64,000 nucleotides of DNA from Opitutales bacterium (GTDB taxonomy: Bacteria; Verrucomicrobiota; Verrucomicrobiia; Opitutales; PNEW01). Under the pieces are notes generated by a model. It ran no database searches and had not been told where the DNA came from. It saw only the letters and a list, made by a program, of their open reading frames with translations. The position numbers and the translations under genes were made by a program. This document shows, in pieces, positions 31,185 through 41,471 of the stretch. The first letter of the stretch is position 1; every line of letters starts with the position of its first letter. The stretch is taken from NCBI GenBank assembly GCA_965197745.1, contig CBDANS010000006.1:1453834-1517833 (forward strand). The letters run 5' to 3'.

Positions 31185-32003
31185 ATGCTAACCGAACAAC
31201 AGATACACCAATTCCATACCTTCGGGTTCCTCGTCTTAAAGAACATTTTAAACGAGGACGAACTAAAGATCATCAATGAGGAATTCGAAAAGGGCTTGGC
31301 AAAAAAAGACAAAAGTGAATTAATCGCCGGCGCGCGCGTGCAGTTGAACTGGTCTAACCTGGAGTCTCAAAGTCCCTATACGGCCTCACTGTTGGAAGAT
31401 AAGCGAATTCATAGGGTCGCGCAGCAGCTCTGGGGAGAAGATGTAATAGGAAAAAACTCACAGGCCAACCATTACGCCGGTAACCGCAGTCCCTGGCACC
31501 CGGATGTTGGCCCTGATATACACGGGTGTAAATTCGTTTTTTATCTCTCACCTGTAGACGCCGATTCGGGAGCACTAAGGGTCATCCCCGGTTCACATCG
31601 TCCGGAGTTCAGCGATAGGATCAAAAAAGTACGATTAAAGGACAATGATCCCGGACCGCCTGAAGACCCGGGCCTTGCGGTTAACGAAATTCCCTTTTGT
31701 TCCTGCGATTCTCAACCGGGTGACGCGGTACTGTTCAACTATTTGCTCTGGCATGCCAGCTGGCATGGTTCCGATAACCGGCGCATGGTATCCTTACAGT
31801 ATTGGAAAAATCCCAAGACTCCTGAAGAAAAAGAAGCGATGGCAGCAATGGCGAGCGGTTTTGTGAAGAGAAGTCATGATAAATTATCCGTTGTTCAACC
31901 TTATCCGGATTTCTGGCTTTCCAATCCGGATAATAGTCCCCTGCGCGCGCGCTGGATAGAGTGGCTTAATGAATGGGGATTTATTGAATCCATGCCCGTC
32001 TAA
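31185..32003 (+). CDS. PhyH-family dioxygenase #7 (clade A; near-duplicate of #6)
   Basis: Same length as #6 with long identical stretches; WHPD, WHASW. Confidence 0.92.
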   Translation: MLTEQQIHQFHTFGFLVLKNILNEDELKIINEEFEKGLAKKDKSELIAGARVQLNWSNLESQSPYTASLLEDKRIHRVAQQLWGEDVIGKNSQANHYAGNRSPWHPDVGPDIHGCKFVFYLSPVDADSGALRVIPGSHRPEFSDRIKKVRLKDNDPGPPEDPGLAVNEIPFCSCDSQPGDAVLFNYLLWHASWHGSDNRRMVSLQYWKNPKTPEEKEAMAAMASGFVKRSHDKLSVVQPYPDFWLSNPDNSPLRARWIEWLNEWGFIESMPV

Positions 32004-32034
32004 ATTTACACGAATAATAGAGTGAAGATCGCCG

Positions 32035-32820
32035 ATGCTTACCGAGCAGCAAGTCACGTTTTTTAATACCTTCGGGTTCATTGTCCTGAGGAAAGTGTTT
32101 TCTGAAGGGGAGCTCACGATAATGAATGATGAGTTTGACTCCTTATTAAAAATTATCCAGCGCGAGAGACCTGACGGCGAACTGCCTAAACATTTTAACT
32201 GGTCTAACCTTGGCCCGGAGACGCCATACCTCAGCGCGCTGCCGGAAGATCCGCGCATTTGTGAAACAGCAGAACAGCTATTTGGAGAAGACACGGTTGC
32301 CGTGTCATCGAACAGCAACCGCAGGGTGGGAGACACACGCTGGCATACGGATCAATCGCACCCCCATTCTCATGGAATGAAATTTGCCGCTTATTTGCAA
32401 CCCCTCGAAGCCAGTAATGGCGCCTTTCGTGTCATTCCGGGATCCCATAAACAACCTTTTAATGATAATCTTAAGCATATAAAAATGGATAGTCCGGAGA
32501 TCTCAGTACCCTCTTATTCCTGTGATTCAGCTCAAGGTGATATCGTCCTTTTCAACTTTGCCCTGTGGCATTCCAGTTGGGGCGGGTCCTCCGATCGCCG
32601 CGCGTGCACCGTGGATTTCTATAAGAATCCTCATACCACGGAAGAAGTAGAGGGCACCTATGACCAGGTAAAAGTCGACGAACAGGTTTACGCGAAAGTC
32701 CGCACCTACGGTCCAGGTTTCCATCCGCACTGGTTAGCCAATCCTCAAAACAGTCCCCGGCGACAGCGCTGGATTGACTGGCTGCGGAAATACGGATTTG
32801 TCAAATCAGAAGCGGCCTGA
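32035..32820 (+). CDS. PhyH-family dioxygenase #8 (clade A)
   Basis: WHTD, GAFRVIPGSH, WHSSW. Confidence 0.92.
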   Translation: MLTEQQVTFFNTFGFIVLRKVFSEGELTIMNDEFDSLLKIIQRERPDGELPKHFNWSNLGPETPYLSALPEDPRICETAEQLFGEDTVAVSSNSNRRVGDTRWHTDQSHPHSHGMKFAAYLQPLEASNGAFRVIPGSHKQPFNDNLKHIKMDSPEISVPSYSCDSAQGDIVLFNFALWHSSWGGSSDRRACTVDFYKNPHTTEEVEGTYDQVKVDEQVYAKVRTYGPGFHPHWLANPQNSPRRQRWIDWLRKYGFVKSEAA

Positions 32821-32854
32821 ATATATCTAATCAATAATAGAAGGGGTAAAAGTT

Positions 32855-33685
32855 ATGATCACTGAACAGCAGGTATATTTTTTTAAAACTTTCGGATTTC
32901 TCGTCCTGAAAAATGTATTAACAGCGGATGAATTGAAAATAATAAATGAAGAGTTTGCGGTGGGGTTGGCTAAAATGGATGAAAGCAAAATGGGCGCTTC
33001 CGTGAGGAAGCAGTACAATTGGACTAATCTCGGACCTGATTCACCTTTCACCGCCTCTTTGCTTGAGGATGAACGGTTCTATGGGGTAGCGCAGAAGATT
33101 TTGGGGGATGACTGTGTGGGTGTTGATTCTCATGCCAATCAATATAACGGAAATCGCAGTCCCTGGCATCCCGATATAAGGGAACCAGGGCCGGACCAAT
33201 TCAGTGGTTTTAAATTTACATTTTACCTGGCCCCCGTTGATGGCAACTCGGGTGCCCTCAGGGTTATACCCGGTTCACATCGACCCGGGTTCAGTGCGGA
33301 AGTCAACAAGGTCTACATGAAAGATAATAATCCCGGACCGGACGATGATCCTGGCCTGGCTGTAAACGAAACCCCCGCCCACGTCTGCGTGTCCGAACCC
33401 GGGGACGCGGTAATTTTTGATTATTATGTCTGGCACTCCAGCTGGGGTGGCTCGACAGATCGCCGGATGGTATCTTTACAGTATTACAAGAATCCAAAGA
33501 CTCCGAAGGAAGAGGAAGGTATGCGCCAGATGGTCGACTTTCGGAAAAATTTTAATAAAGGCTTTAAGCGTGAAACAAAACTATACCCCGATTTCTGGCT
33601 TTCAAATCCTCAAAATAATGCTATGCGTTGTCAATGGATAGAATGGCTTCATAAGTGGGGTTTTATCGATCCTGTTAATGCCTGA
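32855..33685 (+). CDS. PhyH-family dioxygenase #9 (clade A)
   Basis: WHPD, GALRVIPGSH, WHSSW. Confidence 0.92.
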   Translation: MITEQQVYFFKTFGFLVLKNVLTADELKIINEEFAVGLAKMDESKMGASVRKQYNWTNLGPDSPFTASLLEDERFYGVAQKILGDDCVGVDSHANQYNGNRSPWHPDIREPGPDQFSGFKFTFYLAPVDGNSGALRVIPGSHRPGFSAEVNKVYMKDNNPGPDDDPGLAVNETPAHVCVSEPGDAVIFDYYVWHSSWGGSTDRRMVSLQYYKNPKTPKEEEGMRQMVDFRKNFNKGFKRETKLYPDFWLSNPQNNAMRCQWIEWLHKWGFIDPVNA

Positions 33686-33708
33686 TAATGAAAATTAATC
33701 TGTAAAAT

Positions 33709-34572
33709 ATGATCGCTGAAAACTACAGCCTCACCGAAAAGCAAATCCTGCATTTTGAAACCTTCGGATTCCTGGTTCGCAGAAAAGTTTTTAGTGCCGA
33801 GGAAATGGCGAAAGTGAACGATGAATTCGATCGCCGCCGGGCTTCCATTCTGGCCGAAATCGACCCTGAAGAAAAACGGACTTTCACTCAATGGCCTACC
33901 CGAAATCCGGAAAATCCTTTTACAGCCAGCTTGCTCGATGACCCGCGTATTTATGTGCCCTCTGAACAACTGGTAGGTGAAGACTCCATTCCCGTCCAAT
34001 CTCACTGCAATAGTTATGGGTTAAGTAGTGGATGGCATGTGGATACTTATGATCGTCGTTTATGTGTTATCAAAAACATCATGTATCTTCAACCGACATC
34101 TGCCGATCGTGGGGCCTTGCGGGTTATCCCCGGTTCGCATAGAAGTCCGTTATCGGAAGACCTGCGCAGTATGGGTTTGTATGGTTTCCATGAAGACTCG
34201 TCGCCGTTTTTAAAAGCATCCGGTATGCGCGGAGAAGATATACCCGGTTACATTTTTGAGTCGGAGCCTGGCGATATCATTATATTTAACGAGTTAACCT
34301 GGCATGCGGCTTTTGGCGGTTATAAAGACCGCCGTACCTGCTCCTTTAACTTTTTCACCAACCCAAAGACAGACAGTGAAATTGAGACGATGAAAAAAAT
34401 AGTGGAACACACCCCTGCAAACACAAAGGGTTTGGGTACCGTAGGATTGGAATACGATCCCACCTGGTTGGAAAATGCCGACAACAATCCGCGCCGCGAG
34501 CGCTGGATTAATTGGTTGGAAGAATGGGGCTTTGTGGATGCTTTTAATAATTTAAATCTAAAAAAAATCTAG
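33709..34572 (+). CDS. PhyH-family dioxygenase #10 (clade B)
   Basis: WHVD, GALRVIPGSH, WHAAFGG. Confidence 0.92.
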   Translation: MIAENYSLTEKQILHFETFGFLVRRKVFSAEEMAKVNDEFDRRRASILAEIDPEEKRTFTQWPTRNPENPFTASLLDDPRIYVPSEQLVGEDSIPVQSHCNSYGLSSGWHVDTYDRRLCVIKNIMYLQPTSADRGALRVIPGSHRSPLSEDLRSMGLYGFHEDSSPFLKASGMRGEDIPGYIFESEPGDIIIFNELTWHAAFGGYKDRRTCSFNFFTNPKTDSEIETMKKIVEHTPANTKGLGTVGLEYDPTWLENADNNPRRERWINWLEEWGFVDAFNNLNLKKI

Positions 34573-34583
34573 ACTAGAATATC

Positions 34584-35477
34584 ATGATACAGAATAACTA
34601 TAGAATTAGTGATCAGGAGATCGCGCTCTTTAAATCATTCGGATTTTTAGTCAGGAGAAATGTGTTTACGCCCGAAGAAATGGCAAAAGTAAACGAGGAG
34701 TTCGACCGTCGCCGTGCGTCGGTGGTCGCGGAAATTGATCCGAAAGAAGAACGGATTTTTACCCAGTGGCCGACCCGAAACCCGGAGTCGCCCTTTACGG
34801 CCAACCTGCTGGAAGACCCGCGTATTTACGTGCCCATGGAACAACTGACAGGTGAAGATTCAGTTCTCTTTCAATCCAACTGTAATAGTTATTCCTGGGA
34901 CGAACAAAACTGGCATTGTGATACCGGAGTCACGGAAATAGATATGATCAAGAATGTCATGTACCTTCAGCCAACAACCGCTGACAACGGTGCTTTACGT
35001 TTTTTACCCGGGTCACACAGAAATCCATTGCGTGAAGAACTTTTTAACATGCAGTTGGCAAAACCACGCGGTGAAATAGGTATATTTTATGAAGCATCCG
35101 GTCTGCGCGGTGAAGATATACCCTGCTTTATTTTTGAATCACAACCGGGTGATATCGTTGCTTTTAACGAGTTAACCTGGCATGCCGCTTTTGGTGGCTT
35201 TAAAGATCGTCGCTCCTGCACCTTTAATTTTATTCAGCACCCGAAAACACCTGAGCAGAGAACAGGCGTGCAGAATATGGTAGTGGGAGCTGCTCACAGC
35301 GTAGAGGCCCAGGGAACGGTGGGCTTGCAGTATCATCCCACGTGGTTGGAAAATCCTGATAACAGTCCGCGGCGAGCACGCTGGATTAAAAATTTAAATG
35401 AATGGGGTTTTATCGAGGCTTATAATAATGGAACTTACACAGAAAAAAATGATACAGGAAAATTACAGCCTAACTGA
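34584..35477 (+). CDS. PhyH-family dioxygenase #11 (clade B)
   Basis: WHCD, GALRFLPGSH, WHAAFGG; reads 29 nt into the next gene. Confidence 0.92.
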   Translation: MIQNNYRISDQEIALFKSFGFLVRRNVFTPEEMAKVNEEFDRRRASVVAEIDPKEERIFTQWPTRNPESPFTANLLEDPRIYVPMEQLTGEDSVLFQSNCNSYSWDEQNWHCDTGVTEIDMIKNVMYLQPTTADNGALRFLPGSHRNPLREELFNMQLAKPRGEIGIFYEASGLRGEDIPCFIFESQPGDIVAFNELTWHAAFGGFKDRRSCTFNFIQHPKTPEQRTGVQNMVVGAAHSVEAQGTVGLQYHPTWLENPDNSPRRARWIKNLNEWGFIEAYNNGTYTEKNDTGKLQPN

Positions 35478-36294
35478 AGCGCAGATTCAGCATTATGAAG
35501 TATTTGGTTTTTTGGTAAGGCGAAACGTCTTCAGTGCTGAAGAGGTGACGAGAATGAATGAAGAATTCGATCGTCGCCTTGCAATCATCCTTGAGGAAAC
35601 CGATCCAGAAGGGAAACGGATTTTCAACAACTGGCCTAACCGGACTCCGGATACCCCTTTTATTGCAAGTTTGCTTGATGATCCGCGTATTTATCAACAC
35701 TCCGAACAACTAATCGGTGAAGACTCTGTTCCCGTCCATTCTAACGCCAACAGCTATGGTAAAGATAGTGGATGGCATCCGGACAGGACCGATCATAGTA
35801 TTTGCACCATTAAAAATGTCATGTATCTGCAAAAGACAACCGCGGAACGCGGTGCCTTACGCGTTATTCCCGGGTCGCACCAAAATCCATTGCATGAAGA
35901 TCTTCTCCACATTGGATTGAAGGGGTTCAATGAAGACGAAGCTCAGTTTTTGAAAGGATCCAGTCTGCGCGGTGAAGATATTCCCTGCTATATATTTGAA
36001 TCAAATCCGGGTGATGTCATTACTTTTAACGAGTGGACCTGGCACGCGGCTTTTGGCGGTTATAAAGATCGCCGTACCTGCACCTTTAATTTTTATCGTA
36101 ACCCGAAAGCACCCGATGAAATTGCATCGATGCAATTGGAAGTAAAAAACTATGCTGAAGAGACTAAAAACTTAGGGACGGTGGGCTTACAATTTCACCC
36201 TTGGTGGTTGGAAAATCCAGACCACAATCCGCGCCGTGAGCGCTGGATCAATTGGTTAAAAGAATGGGGTTTCGTCGAAGCTCAATATAAATAA
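35449..36294 (+). CDS. PhyH-family dioxygenase #12 (clade B)
   Basis: Start ATG 35449 (MIQENYSL); WHPD, WHAAFGG. Confidence 0.92.
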   Translation: MIQENYSLTEAQIQHYEVFGFLVRRNVFSAEEVTRMNEEFDRRLAIILEETDPEGKRIFNNWPNRTPDTPFIASLLDDPRIYQHSEQLIGEDSVPVHSNANSYGKDSGWHPDRTDHSICTIKNVMYLQKTTAERGALRVIPGSHQNPLHEDLLHIGLKGFNEDEAQFLKGSSLRGEDIPCYIFESNPGDVITFNEWTWHAAFGGYKDRRTCTFNFYRNPKAPDEIASMQLEVKNYAEETKNLGTVGLQFHPWWLENPDHNPRRERWINWLKEWGFVEAQYK

Positions 36295-36311
36295 CTTCGA
36301 TTTTGAATTAA

Positions 36312-37136
36312 ATGATACAGGAAAATTACAGCCTCAGTGAAGAACAGATTCAGCATTATGAAGTATTTGGTTTTTTGGTAAGGCGAAATGTCTTCACTGC
36401 TGAGGAGGTGGCGAGAATGAACGAGGAGTTTGATCGTCGTTTTGCCACCGTCCTCAAGGAAACAGACCCTGAAGGGAAGCGGTTCTTCAACTGGACAAAT
36501 CTGACCGAGGAGACGCCATTTATTGCAAGTTTGCTCAATGACCCGCGAATTTATCTCCACTCCGAACAACTGATTGGTGAAGATTCCGTTTTTATCAATT
36601 CGCACTCCAACAGTTTCCCGAAAGGTACTGGATGGCATCCAGATAGGATCGATCATAATATGTGCGCCATAAGAAATGTCATGTATCTGCAGCCGACAAC
36701 TGCGGACCGTGGAGCCTTGCGTGTTATTCCCGGGTCGCACAAAAATCCACTGCATGAAGAGCTTCTCCGCATCGGATTGTGGGTCTCCAAAGGTAAAGGA
36801 TCACCGTATTTAGAGAAATCCGGTCTGAGCGGTGAAGATATACCCTGCTACATATTTGAGTCACATCCGGGCGATATCATTACCTTTAACGAGTTAACCT
36901 GGCATGCTGCCTTTGGTGGGTATAATGATCGTCGCACCTGCAACTTTGATTTTTATCGCAATCCGAAGACACCTGATGAAATAGCCTCGATGCGATTGGA
37001 AGCAAAAAAAGGTAAGCAATATCATCCCTGGTGGTTGGAAAATCCTGACAACATTCCGCGACGTGAACGCTGGATTAACTGGTTAAAAGAATGGGGTTTC
37101 TTCGAAGCTAAAAATAAAAATTCAATTCTTAATTAA
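36312..37136 (+). CDS. PhyH-family dioxygenase #13 (clade B)
   Basis: WHPD, WHAAFGG; about 11-aa in-frame deletion before YHPWW relative to #12. Confidence 0.92.
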   Translation: MIQENYSLSEEQIQHYEVFGFLVRRNVFTAEEVARMNEEFDRRFATVLKETDPEGKRFFNWTNLTEETPFIASLLNDPRIYLHSEQLIGEDSVFINSHSNSFPKGTGWHPDRIDHNMCAIRNVMYLQPTTADRGALRVIPGSHKNPLHEELLRIGLWVSKGKGSPYLEKSGLSGEDIPCYIFESHPGDIITFNELTWHAAFGGYNDRRTCNFDFYRNPKTPDEIASMRLEAKKGKQYHPWWLENPDNIPRRERWINWLKEWGFFEAKNKNSILN

Positions 37137-37137
37137 A

Positions 37138-37983
37138 ATGATACAGGAAAATTACAGCCTTAGCGAAGCGCAGATTCAGCATTTTGAAGTATTTGGTTTT
37201 TTGGTAAGGAGAAATGTTTTCACTGCTGAGGAGGTAGCGAGAATGAACGAGGAGTTTGATCGTCGCCTCGCAGCTATTATCGAGGAATCCGTTCCTGATG
37301 AGAATCGGACATTAAACAACTGGACTAATCGGACCCCGGATACCCCTTTTATAGCGAGTTTGCTTGATGACCCGCGTATATATATGCACTCCGAACAACT
37401 GATTGGTGAAGACTCCGTTCCCGTCCATTCTAACGCCAACAGTTATGGGACAAGTACCCATTGGCATCCGGATAGGACAGATCAAAATATGTGCGCTATT
37501 AAAAATGTCATGTATCTGCAGCCGACAACCGCAGAACGCGGCGCCTTGCGTGTTATTCCCGGGTCGCACAAAAATCTTCTACACGAAGATCTTCTCCGCA
37601 TCGGATTGAGAGGGGACAAAGATGCCGAACATAATTTTTTAGAAGAATCCGGACTGCGGGGTGAAGATATACCTTGTTACGTATTTGAATCGGAACCGGG
37701 TGATGTCATTACCTTTAATGAGTTGACATGGCACGCAGCATTTGGCGGTTATGTAGACCGCCGCACCTGTACCTTTAACTTTTATCACAACCCGAAGTCA
37801 CCCGAAGAGATCGAGTCGATGCGAAAAGAAGTGGAACTTATTTCTAATAGCAATAATAGATTGGGGACCGTGGGGTTGCAATACCATCCCTGGTGGTTGG
37901 AAAATCCTGATAATAATCCACGTCGGACGCGCTGGATCAATTGGCTGAAAGATTGGGGATTTGTCGATGCTTATGATAATTGA
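37138..37983 (+). CDS. PhyH-family dioxygenase #14 (clade B)
   Basis: WHPD, WHAAFGG. Confidence 0.92.
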   Translation: MIQENYSLSEAQIQHFEVFGFLVRRNVFTAEEVARMNEEFDRRLAAIIEESVPDENRTLNNWTNRTPDTPFIASLLDDPRIYMHSEQLIGEDSVPVHSNANSYGTSTHWHPDRTDQNMCAIKNVMYLQPTTAERGALRVIPGSHKNLLHEDLLRIGLRGDKDAEHNFLEESGLRGEDIPCYVFESEPGDVITFNELTWHAAFGGYVDRRTCTFNFYHNPKSPEEIESMRKEVELISNSNNRLGTVGLQYHPWWLENPDNNPRRTRWINWLKDWGFVDAYDN

Positions 37984-38003
37984 AAAAATTTTACTAAAAT
38001 AAA

Positions 38004-38849
38004 ATGATACAGGAAAATTATAGTCTCAGCGAAGCGCAGATTCAGCATTTCGAAGTTTTTGGATTCCTCGTCCGGAGGCAGGTGTTCAGTTCCGAGGAAG
38101 TGGCTAGAATGAACGAAGAATTCGATCGTCGCCTGGCATGCATCGTCAGAGAAACAGATCCTGAAGGGAAACGGATTTTCAATAACTGGCCTAACCGGAG
38201 TCCTGAAACCCCTTTTATTGCCAGTGTGCTTGAGGACCCGCGTATTTATCTTCCTGCAGAACAGCTGACAGGTGAAGACTCTGTTCCTGTCAATTCTAAT
38301 GCCAACAGCTATGGGATAAATAGCACTTGGCATGCGGATACGAATGATCATCATTTGTGCATAATCAAAAATGTCATGTATCTGCAACCGACAACCGCGG
38401 ACCACGGTGCATTGCGAGTTATTCCTGGGTCGCATAAAAATCCGTTACATGAAGATCTTCTCCACATCGGATTGGAGGAGGGGGAAATTAACGAACCTCG
38501 ATTTTTAGAAAAATCCGGCATGCGCGGTGAAGAGATACCCTGCTACATATTTGAGTCGAATCCGGGCGATATCATTACCTTTAATGAATTAACCTGGCAT
38601 GCTGCCTTTGGTGGCTATAGAGATCGTCGCACATGCACTTTTAATTTTTCTCGCAATCCGAAGACTCCCGAGGAGATCGAGTCGATGCAAAAAGAGTTGG
38701 AACGCTTTCCTGAAGGCAATAAGATTTTGGGAACAGTGGGAATGCAATACCATCCCTGGTGGTTGGAAAATCCTGATCATAACCCGCGGCGTATGCGCTG
38801 GATTAATTGGTTGACAGAGTGGGGCTTCATTGAAGCAGGTAATAATTAA
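38004..38849 (+). CDS. PhyH-family dioxygenase #15 (clade B)
   Basis: WHAD, WHAAFGG. Confidence 0.92.
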   Translation: MIQENYSLSEAQIQHFEVFGFLVRRQVFSSEEVARMNEEFDRRLACIVRETDPEGKRIFNNWPNRSPETPFIASVLEDPRIYLPAEQLTGEDSVPVNSNANSYGINSTWHADTNDHHLCIIKNVMYLQPTTADHGALRVIPGSHKNPLHEDLLHIGLEEGEINEPRFLEKSGMRGEEIPCYIFESNPGDIITFNELTWHAAFGGYRDRRTCTFNFSRNPKTPEEIESMQKELERFPEGNKILGTVGMQYHPWWLENPDHNPRRMRWINWLTEWGFIEAGNN

Positions 38850-38850
38850 A

Positions 38851-39696
38851 ATGATCCAGGAAAATTATAGCCTCAGTGAGGCGCAGATTCAGCATTTTGA
38901 AGTTTTTGGCTTCCTCGTCCGAAGAGCGGTATTCAGTACCGAGGAAATTAATAAAATGAACGCGGAGTTCGATAAGCGTCTCGCCTCCCTTAAAGCAAAA
39001 GCAGACCCAAGCGAAGAAAGGCTTTTCAATAACTGGCCCAATCGAAATCCGGAAACACCTTATATTGCCAGCTTGCTCGAAGATCCGCGTATTTATGTCC
39101 CCGCGGAGCAGTTAGTAGGCGAAGACTGCGTCCCCGTTCACTCCAATGCCAACAGTTACGCGAAAAGTTCCGCCTGGCATCCGGATACCACAGATCCCCA
39201 CCTCTTAATGATAAAAAATGTCATGTATTTGCAGCCAACCACGGGGGACCATGGAGCCCTGAGAGTCATCCCCGGATCTCACATGAATCCCTTACATGAA
39301 GAGCTTCTTCGCATAGGATTAGATTGTTCATTTGGTAAAGAATCCAGATATTTAAAAGAGTCCGGTCTGCGGGGTGAAGATATTCCGAGCTTTATTTTCA
39401 GTTCACAGCCGGGTGATTTGATTATGTTCAACCAAAGGACATGGCACGCCGCTTTTGGCGGCTATGAGGACCGCCGTACTTGTACCTATAATTTCTACAA
39501 AAGTCCCAAGTCATCTGAAGAAAAAGAGTCATTGCACAAACAGTTAGAAGTCGCCCGGAAAAATATTAAATATTTGGGAACTGTAGGGCAGCAATACCAC
39601 CCCTGGTGGTTGGAAAATCCCGAAAGCAATCCGAGGCGAGAACGTTGGATCCAATCGTTAAAGGAATGGGGCTTTGTAGAAGCTAAAAATAATTAA
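38851..39696 (+). CDS. PhyH-family dioxygenase #16 (clade B)
   Basis: Start ATG 38851; WHPD, WHAAFGG. Confidence 0.92.
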   Translation: MIQENYSLSEAQIQHFEVFGFLVRRAVFSTEEINKMNAEFDKRLASLKAKADPSEERLFNNWPNRNPETPYIASLLEDPRIYVPAEQLVGEDCVPVHSNANSYAKSSAWHPDTTDPHLLMIKNVMYLQPTTGDHGALRVIPGSHMNPLHEELLRIGLDCSFGKESRYLKESGLRGEDIPSFIFSSQPGDLIMFNQRTWHAAFGGYEDRRTCTYNFYKSPKSSEEKESLHKQLEVARKNIKYLGTVGQQYHPWWLENPESNPRRERWIQSLKEWGFVEAKNN

Positions 39697-39717
39697 ATAT
39701 CCTAAACAATAAATACT

Positions 39718-40575
39718 ATGATCCAAAAAAACCACAGTCTAACAAAAGAGCAGGTCCAGCATTTTGAGACTTTCGGTTTTCTTGTCCGTCGCCAGGTGTT
39801 CAGCCCGGATGAAGTTAACCGGATTAACGAGGAGTTCGATAAGCATCTCGCCGCGATTAAAGATGATTTTGATAATATTAAAGACAGCCGTTCCCGTAAA
39901 TGGCCTAATTGGTCGAATCTCATTCCGGAGACCCCTATGATCGCAACTTTGTTGGAAGATCCACGCATTTGTGTGCCCACGGAGCAATTACAAGGAGAAG
40001 ACACCGTTCCCGTGTATTCCAATGCTAACAGCTTTAGACAAAACACCAACTGGCACCCGGATATGAGGCAACGACATATTCGCGCGCTCAAAAATCTCAC
40101 TTATCTGCAACCCACGACTGCTGAACACGGATCTTTACGTCTCATTCCTGGTTCGCATATAAGTCCTTTATTTGATGAGCTGATTCGCATCGGGTTGAGA
40201 CCTGCTGATGATAGTGAAGCTGATTTTCTAACAGAATCCGGTATGCGTGGCGAAGATATTCCCGCTTATGTATTTTCTTCAAAGCCGGGTGATGTCGTTA
40301 CTTTTAACATGAATGTATGGCACGCGGCTTTTGGGGGCTATGAAGACCGAAGGAACTGTTCTCTTGCCTATTACAGCAATCCTAAGACAGCTCAAGAAGA
40401 AGAGGACCTGCGTGCGCAGGTAGAAAATGCCAAATCCATCAGTTCGAGAATGGATTTGCAGGATGCACCATACTACCATCCCTGGTGGTTGGAAAATCCC
40501 GAGGGCAGTGCGAAGCGGGCACGCTGGATAAAATGGTTGGATAAATGGGGCTTTATAGAAGCAATGAATAATTAA
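39718..40575 (+). CDS. PhyH-family dioxygenase #17 (clade B)
   Basis: WHPD, GSLRLIPGSH, WHAAFGG. Confidence 0.92.
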   Translation: MIQKNHSLTKEQVQHFETFGFLVRRQVFSPDEVNRINEEFDKHLAAIKDDFDNIKDSRSRKWPNWSNLIPETPMIATLLEDPRICVPTEQLQGEDTVPVYSNANSFRQNTNWHPDMRQRHIRALKNLTYLQPTTAEHGSLRLIPGSHISPLFDELIRIGLRPADDSEADFLTESGMRGEDIPAYVFSSKPGDVVTFNMNVWHAAFGGYEDRRNCSLAYYSNPKTAQEEEDLRAQVENAKSISSRMDLQDAPYYHPWWLENPEGSAKRARWIKWLDKWGFIEAMNN

Positions 40576-40595
40576 GTAACCCCGAAAATAATATT

Positions 40596-41456
40596 ATGAA
40601 CCAGGAAAATCACAGTCTGACAGATGAGCAGATCCAGCATTTTGAAACCTTCGGTTTTATTGTCCGTCGCCAGGTCTTCAGTCCGAAGGAAATTGATCGG
40701 ATCAATGAGGAGTTCGAGCAGTATCTGACGACGATTAAAGACGAATTTGAGAAGAAAGTCGGGCAGGGCCGAGGCTGGCCCAATTGGTCCAACTTGAATC
40801 CGGATACGCCCTATATGGCAAGTTTGTTGGAAGATCCTCGCATTTGCGTGCCCTCAGAACAGTTACTGGGAGAAGACACCTTCCCCGTTTATTCCAATGC
40901 CAACAGCTTTAGATATAACAGCGGCTGGCATCCAGATGCTAAATTGCAACATTTGCGGATGCTCAAAAATCTTGTCTATCTGCAACCCACGACCGGTGAC
41001 AACGGTTCTTTGCGTGTAATCCCAGGGTCGCATAAAAGTCCACTCTTTGATGATCTCCAACACCTGAAGATGGTTAATTCTGATGATAAGCAATCAAACT
41101 CTTTAAAAGAATCGGGCATACGCAGCGAAGATATTCCCGCTTATATTTTCTGTTCGCAGCCGGGTGATGTCATTACCTTTAACCATAGATTATGGCACGC
41201 GGCTTTTAATGGTTACGAAGACCGAAGGAACTGCTCTTTTGCTTTTTTCAGCAATCCCAAAACGGCTCAAGAGGAAGAGGATTTGCGTGCACAAGCAGTA
41301 GCTGCTAAAAACACCGCAAATGGACTGAAAATGGTTTTGAAAGATTCGAAATACTATCACCCCTGGTGGTTGGAGAACGCAGAGGGTAGTGCGAAGCGCG
41401 AGCGCTGGATAAAAAGGCTCGATAAATGGGGCTTTATCGAAGCAGTGAATAATTAA
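40596..41456 (+). CDS. PhyH-family dioxygenase #18 (clade B)
   Basis: WHPD, GSLRVIPGSH, WHAAFNG. Confidence 0.92.
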   Translation: MNQENHSLTDEQIQHFETFGFIVRRQVFSPKEIDRINEEFEQYLTTIKDEFEKKVGQGRGWPNWSNLNPDTPYMASLLEDPRICVPSEQLLGEDTFPVYSNANSFRYNSGWHPDAKLQHLRMLKNLVYLQPTTGDNGSLRVIPGSHKSPLFDDLQHLKMVNSDDKQSNSLKESGIRSEDIPAYIFCSQPGDVITFNHRLWHAAFNGYEDRRNCSFAFFSNPKTAQEEEDLRAQAVAAKNTANGLKMVLKDSKYYHPWWLENAEGSAKRERWIKRLDKWGFIEAVNN

Positions 41457-41471
41457 TCACAGGGTTATATT

